DNA of 63,980 nucleotides, filler included, from Lama guanicoe (taxonomy: Eukaryota): the NCBI GenBank assembly GCA_013239625.1. It is 81 parts of 79 records of this genome, joined end to end, with 100 filler letters (N's around TTAATTAATTAA, not from the genome) between each part and the next. Parts side by side here need not be neighbours in the genome. Positions count along the whole stretch, not along the records: positions 38,216 to 39,032 come from MU055338.1; positions 39,133 to 40,081 come from PNXV01012950.1; positions 40,182 to 41,081 come from MU055339.1; positions 41,182 to 41,620 come from PNXV01012956.1; positions 41,721 to 42,511 come from MU055341.1; positions 42,612 to 43,029 come from PNXV01012962.1; positions 43,130 to 43,937 come from MU055343.1; positions 44,038 to 44,904 come from MU055344.1; 73 more parts are not named here. One strand, written 5' to 3'. Positions 38,216 through 50,839 of this stretch are shown one piece after another. How positions within the stretch are numbered: the stretch's first letter is position 1; the number at the start of each line of letters is the position of its first letter. The notes under the pieces were generated by a model. That model searched no databases and had not been told where the DNA came from. It was given only the letters and a program-made list of their open reading frames with translations. Made by a program: the position numbers and the translations under genes.

Positions 38216-39032
38216 CTAGCTTGAAGGAAACACAAAATTCCTTTCAGTTACAAACCCCACACCATACATATATATGGGGAGTTACAAGATCCAACTCGGT
38301 CTTAAAGTGAAAACGACAGGCACTTTAAAACGGCCCTTGGTAACAGACTGAGAAACCAGATTAAGTGTTTCTCCTGCATCCAGTTCCCTTTGTGCTGNNN
38401 NNNNNNNNNNNNNNNNNNNNNNNNNNNNNNNNNNNNNNNNNNNNNNNNNNNNNNNNNNNNNNNNNNNNNNNNNNNNNNNNNNNNNNNNNNNNNNNNNNNN
38501 NNNNNNNNNNNNNNNNNNNNNNNNNNNNNNNNNNNNNNNNNNNNNNNNNNNNNNNNNNNNNNNNNNNNNNNNNNNNNNNNNNNNNNNNNNNNNNNNNNNN
38601 NNNNNNNNNNNNNNNNNNNNNNNNNNNNNNNNNNNNNNNNNNNNNNNNNNNNNNNNNNNNNNNNNNNNNNNNNNNNNNNNNNNNNNNNNNNNNNNNNNNN
38701 NNNNNNNNNNNNNNNNNNNNNNNNNNNNNNNNNNNNNNNNNNNNNNNNNNNNNNNNNNNNNNNNNNNNNNNNNNNNNNNNNNNNNTCCAACTCGGCAGTG
38801 AAAACGGCAGGCACTCAAACCGGCACTAGGAATCAGACTGAGAAACTAGAGTAAGTGTTTCTTCTGCAACCGGTTCCCTTTGTGCTGGATGAACTAACGT
38901 CTCTCCACTTGCTGAGTTCTGAGAGATAAGTGTGTATGAAAGCTGTCCTTCACATGTCGTGAAGGGAACACAAATTTCCTTTATGTTGCAAATCCCACTC
39001 CATACATATTTATGGGGAGGTACAAGCTCCAA
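38216..39032 (+). repeat. ~248-bp tandem satellite
   Basis: Same monomer as 20903-21793. Confidence 0.93.
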
Positions 39033-40181
39033 NNNNNNNNNNNNNNNNNNNNNNNNNNNNNNNNNNNNNNNNNNNNTTAATTAATTAANNNNNNNNNNNN
39101 NNNNNNNNNNNNNNNNNNNNNNNNNNNNNNNNTACTTGTATTTATAATTTTTTTAATCTTAAAAGCTCCCCAAATTTGACCTTAGATACAGATATTCTTG
39201 AATAGTGAACTGGTTCTAACATAGATTCTTTTGTGACTCTTCACAAGATGGGAATGGAGACCTCAGTATTCATGAGTAATTCTACAGGTTTTAGTAATGG
39301 TTCTCCATTAGAATATTCTGAATACCTCCTCTTTTCAGCTTTGCTAACTCTAATTCTAGAGATAAATTGAATAGGGACTCCACTTTTACAGGCTTGAAAG
39401 GTGAGATCTGAATTGTCATTGCTTATGATGTGGGGAGCATCTGAAAAAGTAGCCACTGGAACAAAAATAGTGTACAAAAGGTAGCAGTTTAACAGACTGG
39501 TATGGGATGATATTGTAATTAAACAGAATTTAAGTTTAAGTCCCCAAGTTAAAAGTCACAAGGGTAAAGTTGAAAAATGAAAGATGATTTGCAATTGAGA
39601 AGCTTCTCACTTGGTGACTTTATGTGTTTTCATTCAAGGTAAGGATCAAAGAGATTCTTTACATAATGATAGATAATAGATAATAGTTCTTTGAATGTAG
39701 CTGGATAGGTCAGCTAGGTTAGAAAGAAGATTTTTTTTCTGTGAATATTTAAAAAGAAAATATTGAAGAGCATATTCTGAAATCAAGTTAATTTAAATGT
39801 TTTATTTTTGAAAAGAAGGTCAAAGCTGTATTTAAATAATAGTTGGTTAATTTCTTCCATCCAATTTTTAAGCTTTCTGTTTATAGTCATTGTCAATTTG
39901 AAAGCTTAGTCTTGCAGTAGAAATAAAAGTAGCTGGGAAAACAGTGAAGCATGACTAAGAGTTTCTGCCTTCTGCTGTTAAAGTGATCTTTTATAGCTTC
40001 TTGCTATTTCCTAGCTCAGAGGCAGTGTTAGGGAAGCAAAGCGTTTGAGGTCAGAAATCATTTGTCAGGCTAATAGGAATGNNNNNNNNNNNNNNNNNNN
40101 NNNNNNNNNNNNNNNNNNNNNNNNNTTAATTAATTAANNNNNNNNNNNNNNNNNNNNNNNNNNNNNNNNNNNNNNNNNNNN

Positions 40182-40240
40182 CTGTACATCAGAAATTGAC
40201 ACATTGTAACTGACTATACTTAAATTAAAATATATATATA
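40182..40240 (+). mobile_element. LINE-1 extreme 3' end
   Basis: tgtacatcagaaattgacacattgtaactgactatactt plus AT tail; matches the L1 terminus at ~28330-28370 (reverse strand). Confidence 0.7.
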
Positions 40241-41171
40241 TAATGCCCATCAGCAGCATCTGAGTGTAACTGAAAGCAGAAACCCAGATGAATGGAGGCA
40301 GAGGTGGTTGGAGGAGCTACGTTATTTTGCTGGGGTGGATGCAGCCGGCATGGCAGAGATCTAGGAGGAATGCNNNNNNNNNNNNNNNNNNNNNNNNNNN
40401 NNNNNNNNNNNNNNNNNNNNNNNNAAAAATATATATATATAATGCCCATCAGCAGCATCTGAGTGTGACTGAAAGCAGAAACCCAGATGAATGGAGGCAG
40501 AGGTGGTTGGAGGAGCTACGTTATTTTGCTGGGGTGGATGCAGCCGGCATGGCAGAGATCTAGAAGGAATGCTCACAATAGCCACTCACTGATCTGCAAG
40601 TGAGTTAGGTTAACAGCTTCCTGAAATCCTCCCCACCCCTCCTGATGAGCCAGGTGTCTGGTGTTTTTCTGGAAATCACTAGGCGCAGCCTGGAACTCAA
40701 AGGTAAAAATTAAAAACTGCAGTCAGGCAGCGAAGAGACTGGCAGGACGCGTTGGACAAAAGTATGTCAGAATCAACAAGGAATGGGGAGGGGATAGAAC
40801 GTGTGCTGAGGATCCTGACTTCAGGGGTGGATTGTCTATGTTGAGGACTCTGAGTCAGTATGAGTAGATGGATTGATGTGGACTAAAATGGTGGCCATTG
40901 TTCAGATAAGTGTGTGATTTGGAGTATATTTATTTGAGGAGGGTTTTTTTTTCCCCTTCAAAATTGATCATTTCTAGGGAGCAGAAGAATACTCTGCCAC
41001 ACAACATCTAAGTGCATAAGAGATGCTACGGTATGATGGTGGTATGAAAAATTTCAGTACTGCAGTTTCAAGCTTTCCTTANNNNNNNNNNNNNNNNNNN
41101 NNNNNNNNNNNNNNNNNNNNNNNNNTTAATTAATTAANNNNNNNNNNNNNNNNNNNNNNNNNNNNNNNNNN

Positions 41172-41620
41172 NNNNNNNNNNGATCTGGGAAGTGTCGTAG
41201 TAAATATGGACGTCAATTAACAAAACTAGAGTTTAATATCCACAAAAATATAATCTTTTTTCTCTCTAAAGTTACCCTCAGTTTTCTCCAATAAAGCCAA
41301 ATGAAGATTAATTTATTTACAATTTAAGTCTGATTATTTGATCATAAATAGGCTTTTTTAAATTGACTGTGTTGGAAGTTTTAATACGGAGTCTCAGGGT
41401 AGAATGTTAATAAGGTTTGCTAAGGCCAGGAAAGCCACGCCAAGCTTTTCATGGGTTTCTGCCTTTCAGATTTAGGTAAGTTCTTTTCTCTTTAAAATCC
41501 TTAAAATACTTTTATAGTCTTATATCTGTTAGGAAATGATCTTCCTAATTTGTCTAATAGAGCCACTGGGTCCTAAGTGTTTTTAGTCTCTTGAGGGATC
41601 AGTTTGAGGGAAAAGATAAC
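41172..41620. mobile_element. Possible ERV1 non-coding internal sequence
   Basis: AT-rich sequence with motifs reminiscent of ERV1 internal regions (ctctctaaagttaccctca, ggccaggaaagccacgccaag); no coding evidence. Confidence 0.35.
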
Positions 41621-41720
41621 NNNNNNNNNNNNNNNNNNNNNNNNNNNNNNNNNNNNNNNNNNNNTTAATTAATTAANNNNNNNNNNNNNNNNNNNNNNNN
41701 NNNNNNNNNNNNNNNNNNNN

Positions 41721-42511
41721 ACAGAATACTGAATATAGAATTTAGAATATAGAATGCAGAACACAGTATGTAGAATATAGTCTAAGGAATGCAGAATATA
41801 GTATATAGAATATAGAATGATGAACACAAAATATAGAATAAAGAATAGAGAATATAGAACCCCGAATTTATAACATGGAAAGTAGAACACAGAATTTGGA
41901 ATATAAAATACAGAATACNNNNNNNNNNNNNNNNNNNNNNNNNNNNNNNNNNNNNNNNNNNNNATTTAGAATATAGAATACAGAATACAGAATATAGAAT
42001 TTAGAATATACAATGTAGAGCACAGAATATAGAATATAGAATACGGAATGCAGTATACAGTATAGAGAATATAGAACACAAAATTTAGAACATGGAATGA
42101 CCAACACAGGATTTAGAATATAGAATACCGCATACTGAATATAGAATATGAATATACAATGTTGAACACAGAATTTAGAATATAGAATAAAAACACTGAA
42201 TATAGAATTTAGAATATAGAATGTAGAAAACAGAATATAGAATATAGAATAGAGAATATAGAACCCAGAATTTAGAACATGGAATGCAGAACACAGAATN
42301 NNNNNNNNNNNNNNNNNNNNNNNNNNNNNNNNNNNNNNNNNNNNNNNNNNNNNNNNNNNNNNNNNNNNNNNNNNNNNNNNNNNNNNNNNNNNNNNNNNNN
42401 NGAATATACAAAACACAGAATATAGAATATAGACTACGAATGCAGAATATAGAATATAGAACATAAAATATAGAATAATGAGCACAAAATATAGAATAGA
42501 GAATATAGAAC
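41721..42511 (-). repeat. Heptamer-based AT-rich satellite (GAATATA orientation)
   Basis: 7-nt periodicity. Confidence 0.95.
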
Positions 42512-43129
42512 NNNNNNNNNNNNNNNNNNNNNNNNNNNNNNNNNNNNNNNNNNNNTTAATTAATTAANNNNNNNNNNNNNNNNNNNNNNNNNNNNNNNNN
42601 NNNNNNNNNNNAAGGCACAGGAAATGTTGAAAAGGGAAGAAAAGGCTGCAGTCAGTCCTGAGACAGAGGCCCTCTGAGCAGAGGTCAGAAGGCTGCAGGT
42701 GAACTGCAGTGGCCCTGGGGCAGGAAGGGACCACGAGGGAGCAGATCTCAATTCTCTTCTCTGTCTCCATCTGGTAGGAGAGATAAAGCCTTCATCGTTC
42801 TCACCTGGAACTGTGATGGCAGAAGTCTTACCGATATGGAATGATTATTCAAGACTCTGTGGAAAAAGTCAAGAAATCGAGAGGGAGTAGGGAGTCAACT
42901 CCAAGAGGCTCTCAAATGCTCCCATATTTATTGTGTATAATCAAAGTAAAAATTCATTAGCAGTTGTGTGATAGTAAGGAGGAACTTCGGGAAAGTCAGG
43001 GTGAGGCAGAGATTGTAGAATACACAATGNNNNNNNNNNNNNNNNNNNNNNNNNNNNNNNNNNNNNNNNNNNNTTAATTAATTAANNNNNNNNNNNNNNN
43101 NNNNNNNNNNNNNNNNNNNNNNNNNNNNN

Positions 43130-43937
43130 ACATATATATGGGGAGGTACAAGCTCTAACTCGGTTTTACAGTGCAAACCGCAGGAACTTGAATCCGGCAC
43201 TAAGAGACAGTTTGAGAAACCAGAGTAAGTGTTTCTCCTGCAACCCGTTCCCTTTGTGCTGGATGAACGAACGTCTCTACACATGCTCAGTTCTGAGAGA
43301 TAAGTGTGTGTGAAAGCCGTCCTTCACCTAGCTTGAAGGGAACACAAAGTTTCTTTTCAGTTGCCAACTCCACTCCATACATATATATGGGNNNNNNNNN
43401 NNNNNNNNNNNNNNNNNNNNNNNNNNNNNNNNNNNNNNNNNNNNNNNNNNNNNNNNNNNNNNNNNNNNNNNNNNNNNNNNNNNNNNNNNNNNNNNNNNNN
43501 NNNNNNNNNNNNNNNNNNNNNNNNNNNNNNNNNNNNNNNNNNNNNNNNNNNNNNNNNNNNNNNNNNNNNNNNNNNNNNNNNNNNNNNNNNNNNNNNNNNN
43601 NNNNNNNNNNNNNNNNNNNNNNNNNNNNNNNNNNNNNNNNNNNNNNNNNNNNNNNNNNNNNNNNNNNNNNNNNNNNNNNNNNNNNNNNNNNNNNNNNGAG
43701 AATCCAGGTGTTTCTCCTACAACCCGTTAACTTTGTGCTGGATGAACGATCGTATCTCCACATGCTCAGTTCTGAGAGATAAGTGTGTGTGAAAGCCGTC
43801 CTTCACCTAGCTTGAAGTGAAGGGAACACAACTTTTCAGTTGCAAACTCCACACCATACATATATATTGGGAGGCACAACCTCCAACTCGGTATTACAGT
43901 GCAAACCGCAGGAACTTCAAACCGGCACTAGGAAACA
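43130..43937 (+). repeat. ~248-bp tandem satellite
   Basis: Same monomer as 20903-21793. Confidence 0.95.
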
Positions 43938-44271
43938 NNNNNNNNNNNNNNNNNNNNNNNNNNNNNNNNNNNNNNNNNNNNTTAATTAATTAANNNNNNN
44001 NNNNNNNNNNNNNNNNNNNNNNNNNNNNNNNNNNNNNGGAAAGAGGGTGGGCTGAAAACAGGCATTTCTAGAAAAGATCATGTAGGTGTCTTTTTCCAGT
44101 TTTGCTCCCCAAGTTCCTCTCTGTAGAGCAATCCAAGCTTTCCAAGATTCTTGGCTCTGAGCATCACAGCTGGCAGGACACTGAGGCTGCCTCCAGCACA
44201 CAGATCACTGGAGAGAGAAAATAGCAGCCCCTCCCAGGGCCGCCCACAGCCAGACCCCACCTGTGCCCCTG

Positions 44272-44310
44272 GGTTTGTGCTCAGCTCCTCCTGCAGCCCC
44301 TCTCACTGTG
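44272..44310 (-). promoter_or_regulatory. V(D)J recombination signal sequence, 23-bp spacer
   Basis: Heptamer CACAGTG (44310-44304), 23-nt spacer, nonamer GCACAAACC (44280-44272), directly after the V exon. Confidence 0.93.
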
Positions 44311-44782
44311 TCTCCCANNNNNNNNNNNNNNNNNNNNNNNNNNNNNNNNNNNNNNNNNNNNNNNNNNNNNNNNNNNNNNNNNNNNNNNNNNNNNNNNNNN
44401 NNNNNNNNNNNNNNNNNNNNNNNNNNNNNNNNNNNNNNNNNNNNNNNNNNNNNNNNNNNNNNNNTGTTGACGTACTGCACATACCAGAACAGGTAGGGAT
44501 CTGAATCAATGGTCTGGTAAGTGCAGTTCAGCATTAAAAGCTCCCGCTCTGAGAGAGTGACTGGGACTTCAGTCTGGTTCACTGAGTCTCCACTGGTTCC
44601 CCCTAAAAGAGAATCACCTTGTTATGTTAGGAATGCACAGGAGGAGGGTTTTGAGGCAGACAAGAAAACTAAAAGTTAACTAGGATTATAGGAAAATAAA
44701 AAAAAGTATTAGCACTTAGGGTAAGGCGTCACTTACTGTATAATAAGAAGATCACAAGAAGTAGGTGAGAGGCACAAAGCAT
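44311..44782 (-). CDS. TRAV18: T-cell receptor alpha variable gene segment, TRAV18-like (leader exon 44782-44737, intron 44736-44603, V exon 44602-44311 with internal gap)
   Basis: Spliced MLCASHLLLVIFLLY-RGTSGDSVNQTEVPVTLSERELLMLNCTYQTIDSDPYLFWYVQYVN; GT-AG phase-1 intron, first Cys and FWY motif, 23-RSS; resembles human TRAV18 as recalled. Exact subgroup tentative. Confidence 0.88.
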
Positions 44783-45741
44783 GTTGGAAGTGGAAAATTG
44801 TCCTTGCTACCTGGAATACAGCAAATCTAATAGCTCTAGTCTCCAGCTGGATGCCATAGAAACTCCTCACTCAGGAACCAAGAGCCCCTCTCTGCACAGC
44901 AAGTNNNNNNNNNNNNNNNNNNNNNNNNNNNNNNNNNNNNNNNNNNNNTTAATTAATTAANNNNNNNNNNNNNNNNNNNNNNNNNNNNNNNNNNNNNNNN
45001 NNNNGGATTTTGTGTGGAGTAAGTTTGGTCAGTTCTAAGGATTTCAATTAATAAGTATTAATACTTATTATTCAGGTAATGACAGTAAAATTATAAACTA
45101 ACTTAAGTATACATCAGTAAGTATAGTAGAGTAAGCCCATCACCAAGATTAAGGAATTCACAAACTTTCCATATTTCCTTTATTCAGACCTTTGTTCTTT
45201 TATTTGTCCTTTGTTGAAGTATTTGACAGCAAATCCAAGAAGACATGTCATTTTACCCTATGTACTCAGGTAGGCATGTCTGAAAAATGAGGGCCTTTTC
45301 TTTAATCAGGTTTTTCCATTTGACCGATGTGCTCATGCTCGTTAAGTACCAGCTGTATCAGGCATCTCACTAGGCATTAGGGATCCTTGGGGCAATGAGA
45401 CAGTCCTGGCTCCCAAGGAAGTTTAAGGGCTGATGAAAGAAACCAACACAGGAGCTTGGGTGCCTCACTTAAGGTCCCTGCTGGATGACACCATTTGGAC
45501 AAATTTGTGCACAATACAGTAGGATTCATAGAAGGGACTGGTCAGACTTGTAGGGCAGGCCGTGAGAGAGGCTGTCAGCAGGGCTACAAGACGTGGAATC
45601 ATTTGATAAGAATCTGAAATCCTTACTGCCAACCTTTCTACNNNNNNNNNNNNNNNNNNNNNNNNNNNNNNNNNNNNNNNNNNNNTTAATTAATTAANNN
45701 NNNNNNNNNNNNNNNNNNNNNNNNNNNNNNNNNNNNNNNNN

Positions 45742-46422
45742 TCTATATTCTATATTCTGTGTTCTATATTCTATATTCTGTTTCCTATATCCTATATTCT
45801 AAATTTTATATTCAGTATTCCATATTCTATATTCTATACTCTGTGTTCTACATTCTAAATTCTATATTCAGTATTCCGTATTCTATATTGTATACTCTGT
45901 GTTCTACATTCTATATTGTAAANNNNNNNNNNNNNNNNNNNNNNNNNNNNNNNNCTAAATTCTGTGTTCTGCATTCCATGTTCTATATTCTGGGTTCAAT
46001 ATTCTCTATTCTATATTCTATAATCTGTGTTCTATATTATACATTCTAAAATCTATATTCAGTATTCCGTATTCTATATTCTATAATCCGGGTTCTGCAT
46101 TCCATGTTCTAAAATCTATATTCAGTATTCGGTATTCTATATTCTAAATTCTGAGTTCTGCATTCCATGTTCTATATCCTATATTCAGTATTCTGTATTC
46201 TATATTCTAAATTCTGTGGTCTTCATTCTATTTTCTACATGCTATATTCTGCATTCCGTATTCTACACTCCATATTCTGTTTTCTAAATTCAATATTCTA
46301 AAATCTTTATTCAGTATTCTCTATTCTATATTCGAATTTCCCTGTTCTGCATTCCGTTTCTAAATACTGAGTACTATATTCTCCATTCTATATTCTATAT
46401 TTGTGTTCTTCATTCTATATTC
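45742..46422 (+). repeat. Heptamer-based AT-rich satellite
   Basis: 7-nt periodicity. Confidence 0.95.
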
Positions 46423-46522
46423 NNNNNNNNNNNNNNNNNNNNNNNNNNNNNNNNNNNNNNNNNNNNTTAATTAATTAANNNNNNNNNNNNNNNNNNNNNN
46501 NNNNNNNNNNNNNNNNNNNNNN

Positions 46523-47452
46523 CCTATATTTTCTTCTAGGAGACTTACTGTATTTTGCCTTATATTTAAATCTTCAAGCCATTTTGCGTTTATTCTTTTC
46601 TATGGAGTGAAGGAGTGTTCTAAATCCATTGCTCTGCATGCTGCTATCCAGTTTTCCCAACACCAGTTGGTGAAAAGATCGTCTTTTCTCTGTCAAATTC
46701 TTGGCTACTCTGTCAAAGATTAATTGAACATAGGCCTTTAGATTTATTCCTAGGCCCTCTATTCTGTTCCATTTGTCCATATGCCTGTTTCTGTACCAAT
46801 ATCATGTTATTTTGATTATTGAAGCTCTGCAATAATTTATGGAGACATTGTGGTTTATTCCTCCAGCCACTTTTATTTCCTTGAATATTGATTTATGAAT
46901 TATGGATCTTTTATGACTCTGCAAATCTTAGGATCGTTTGTTAAAGTCCAAAAAAGAAATGTTTTGCATAACTTGGTTGGAAATCACATTAAGTCTTTGG
47001 ATTTCTTTCAGCAGTATAGCCTTTTTAACCATATTGTTTCTTCCATTACAAGACCATTGGGTATCTTTTCAATTCTTCAAATCTTTTTTGATTTCCTTAA
47101 TCAATGTTTTCTAGTTACCTCCTTGGTCAGATATACTCTTAAGCATTTTATAGTTTTGGATGCAGTTGTAAAAGCGGTTGCTTCTATATTTAGTTCTCCT
47201 GTTGATTAAAAGTTAGTGTAAAAAAATGCAATTGGTTTTTGCACATTTCTCTTGGTACCTTGCCCAGTTCCTTTTTCAGCCTAATTTTTTATGAAGCTTT
47301 TACAGTTTTCTATATATAGTGTCATGTCTGCATATCATGACATTTTACACCTTCTATTTCATTCTAAATATTTTATTTTTTTTCTTGCCTGATCATTGTG
47401 GCCAGGACTTCCGAGACTATATTGAATTGAAATTGTGAGAATGGGCAACCTT
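46523..47452 (-). mobile_element. LINE-1 ORF2 fragment, degraded
   Basis: ccagttttcccaacaccagttggtgaaaag, ctctattctgttccatttgtccatatg; 47200-47452 paralogous to 4845-5102. Confidence 0.88.
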
Positions 47453-47552
47453 NNNNNNNNNNNNNNNNNNNNNNNNNNNNNNNNNNNNNNNNNNNNTTAA
47501 TTAATTAANNNNNNNNNNNNNNNNNNNNNNNNNNNNNNNNNNNNNNNNNNNN

Positions 47553-48032
47553 TCACACTGATCCACCCACAGAACTCTGCCCGGTTACCTCGGATCCACC
47601 ATCCAAAACAAGCCTCGTGGTACACACAAACATTCCACCTGGAATCCAACCGGTAACTGCCATCCCCAATGGCGGCTGCATCTTGTCAGTGTTGGGGAAT
47701 GGCTGCCTCCAACGAGAGGTACCTAAGGTAAATGTGATTCTACACACTAGCGTCCCATGGGCCTTTTTCCTTCCCTCTTTCCTTGTGTTCAGATCTGTAT
47801 GCACAATAAGAAGGGTGTCCGTTTTCAGTAAATGGTTTCACACTTCTTTCAACTTTCTAAAAGTTCACAGAACACAGAGACCCACAAAAGGAAGCTTATG
47901 TTCCTGTGATATCCGTACACCCGGAATACATACCTGTCGTTTGATTTCTGCTGAAATGCCCGCACTCTCAGGACATGGATTCGTTGGTTTCAAGGGGGCT
48001 GAAATTCCTAGAAATGAAACCAACCCCAATGT
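47553..48032 (-). repeat. Complex multi-copy repeat, segment A (reverse paralog of 36355-36435 and of the gap before it)
   Basis: cacctggaatccaaccggtaactgccatccccaatg...acgagaggt is the reverse-complement homolog of acctctcgt...cattggggatgacaattacccgttggattccaggtg. Confidence 0.8.
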
Positions 48033-48132
48033 NNNNNNNNNNNNNNNNNNNNNNNNNNNNNNNNNNNNNNNNNNNNTTAATTAATTAANNNNNNNNNNNN
48101 NNNNNNNNNNNNNNNNNNNNNNNNNNNNNNNN

Positions 48133-48890
48133 AGCCCACCCGCGGAGCGCGACCAGGGCGGAGCGCCGGCCAGGGCAGAGCATCGCCGCAGAGCATAGAG
48201 CCGCACAGAGCAGCGGAGCTACCAGCAGCGCAGGCAGGGGGAGAGCGGCCCCCCGCCTGTCGGGCAGGAACACAACCCCTGACCAAGGTGCTGGGAAGGG
48301 GCACGACCCGCCCTCCTGCCTGGCCAGTCTGCAACATCAGACTGCGGCATCCGGAGGGGCAGTGACCCGCCCGCCCGCAGCAGAGGAGAGCTGCATCTGA
48401 CNNNNNNNNNNNNNNNNNNNNNNNNNNNNNNNNNNNNNNNNNNNNNNNNNNNNNNNNNNNNNNNNNNNNNNNNNNNNNNNNNNNNNNNNNNNNNATGAAG
48501 ACAGCATCACATTAAAAGCGCACACACTCCAGGAGAACACCGACAAATCCCCCTCCCTTTTTTTTTTTGGTTTTTCTTTTGCTTTGTTTTGTTTTTTTGT
48601 TTTCTGGTTTTGTTTTGTTTTAATCTGTTTTTATCTGTTCTATTTTCAATTACTCTTTTAATTTTTACTTCTTAATTCATTTCTATTTCTCTTGGGTTTT
48701 GATGTCCTGTTATTGATTAGACACAGGCTTCAAACACATATATTCATCTCCCCACCCCCCCTTTTTTTTTCTTAAGGGTTCTAAAAGGATGTCTCCACCC
48801 GATTAATACTCTGCTTCAACGCGGTCTTCTATTATTCATTGTACATTGTTTTCAAACCCTCTTTCTCACTTCTTTTAAAAATCTTTCTCT
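48133..48890 (+). mobile_element. LINE-1 5' UTR (CpG-rich part followed by T-rich part)
   Basis: CpG-rich head then poly-T-rich tract; its end (ttttaaaaatctttctct) resembles the start of the L1 contig at 2086. Confidence 0.6.
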
Positions 48891-49108
48891 NNNNNNNNNN
48901 NNNNNNNNNNNNNNNNNNNNNNNNNNNNNNNNNNTTAATTAATTAANNNNNNNNNNNNNNNNNNNNNNNNNNNNNNNNNNNNNNNNNNNNAATTACTTAG
49001 AATAAAAATGAATTTATCTGTTTTAAATATAACGAACTGCTGGAACTGAGGAATGTTAACTTGGAATGCCTAGCACTTACAGTCTGTTTTTTGGCATGAT
49101 ACCAACAG

Positions 49109-49282
49109 GCTGTACAATGCCGGAAAGAAGAGTGTGTCACTATCCTGCTGAAGCAGGGTGCTGACCCAAACCTTGAGGACAACTTTCAAAACACTGCTCT
49201 GCATTACGCCGTCTTGGCTGAAAACACATCAATTGCAGCAGAGCTGCTCCGCTATAATGCAAATATCGAGGCGATAAACCAG
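49109..49282 (+). CDS. Internal coding exon of an ANKRD26/POTE/ANKRD7-family ankyrin-repeat gene
   Basis: 174-nt phase 0-0 exon, cag|GCT...CAG|gtatag, open: AVQCRKEECVTILLKQGADPNLEDNFQNTALHYAVLAENTSIAAELLRYNANIEAINQ (ankyrin TALHYA motif). Confidence 0.88.
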
Positions 49283-50839
49283 GTATAGCTCAACTGACTT
49301 TATTTACAAGATATTTGAAATACAGGGTCTTTTCTAGCTACAGGTGTTTTATTTATGGTAGTATGTATACTGAATACATAAGGCCCTGTTATCATGGAAA
49401 CAACTCCAAAGCCAAGGCCAGGGGCTAGAGGTAGTGCCCACAGAAAGGGCAGAGTTCTGTCTCCCAGCCGCACTTCTACCCCAGAAGGAACAACTTCCCA
49501 TTAGGAAGTGCCTGGGAGTGGGTGGTAGGCTCAGAGCCTTCAGAAGATGAAGGCTTGCGGGGAGTAAAGTGATGGCAAAGGCTGGGTGCCTGCCTAAGGG
49601 GTGGGAGGAGGAAGGAACCCAGTACCCAGCAGGGGGAGCTGGGTGACTGCACCTGGGCAGGGGAGGCAGCAAACCGCAGGCCCTGAGCACCCCAGGATCC
49701 CAGGTTCTAGAATCTGGGCAAGTGAGGTCAGGCCATGTTTGACAGCCAGCAGGGACATTCACTTGTGCTGGTGGCCACATGGCTCTCCATGTACACCTTG
49801 GGGTCTTCCATGCTCAGCCTGGTGTAGCNNNNNNNNNNNNNNNNNNNNNNNNNNNNNNNNNNNNNNNNNNNNTTAATTAATTAANNNNNNNNNNNNNNNN
49901 NNNNNNNNNNNNNNNNNNNNNNNNNNNNCCTAATTAAACTTACAAACTTTTGCACAGTAAAGGAAAATATAAGCAAACCAAACAGCAACCTATGGAACGG
50001 GCTCACTCTAAGCCAGGCATCCACTGTCCATGAGCTGCCTGGGGAATAGGTGTTCTATTCACTGAAGTAGCTGAACAACTAGTATGTGTCCTAGTGCATA
50101 CCGACACCACTTGCTGAATTAATTACAAACTGGGAAGCCCAGGTGGAGTTAGCGGCTCTATCCAGAATTATCTCGTAAAAGTGTTTTCACCAAGTGACAC
50201 AGTAATCTATTCCCTTATCAGTCTGTCTTCTACACCACCTGCAGCATTCCTTAGGGTGGGTGGAAACATGGACCAGGGCCAGGCAGAGAAGATTCTCACC
50301 AGGAGAGCATGTTGCCCTAGACCACACAACCGTGTGACCCAAGTCTAACACTCTCACTTGTGCGGACTCTGCTTCACACTCCAGGATGATGTCCAAGAGA
50401 CTGAGGGGAGGGAGGACACTGGTCTCACCAGGCCTGCTCAATTCCAGGGAGTAACAACTAGAGCACTAACCCAAGGCCAAGGGCTCAGTGCTCACCTATG
50501 TGTTTTATTCAATCCTCCCAACCCTGAGGTGGGTATTGCTACCCCCACTCTACAGGAGAAAAAAACAATCTCAGGTCACATACAGGTGCCCAGAGCCCAT
50601 GCTCTTTCCCCCTCTACTGTACAGACTCCCAGCCAGAGATCAGGACATGGGCCTCTGAATCTGGTGTGAAGTCAGTCAGTGGGTGGTGGACTCTTGGGTG
50701 TTTACTGTTAGGCTGTATAACTCACATGTAAGATATGTANNNNNNNNNNNNNNNNNNNNNNNNNNNNNNNNNNNNNNNNNNNNTTAATTAATTAANNNNN
50801 NNNNNNNNNNNNNNNNNNNNNNNNNNNNNNNNNNNNNNN

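Noticed and set aside
41868..42485. Hydrophobic Y/I/L/F/S/C-rich ORFs (also 14980-15455, 19205-19725, 50850-51258)
   Set aside because: Translations of the heptamer satellite
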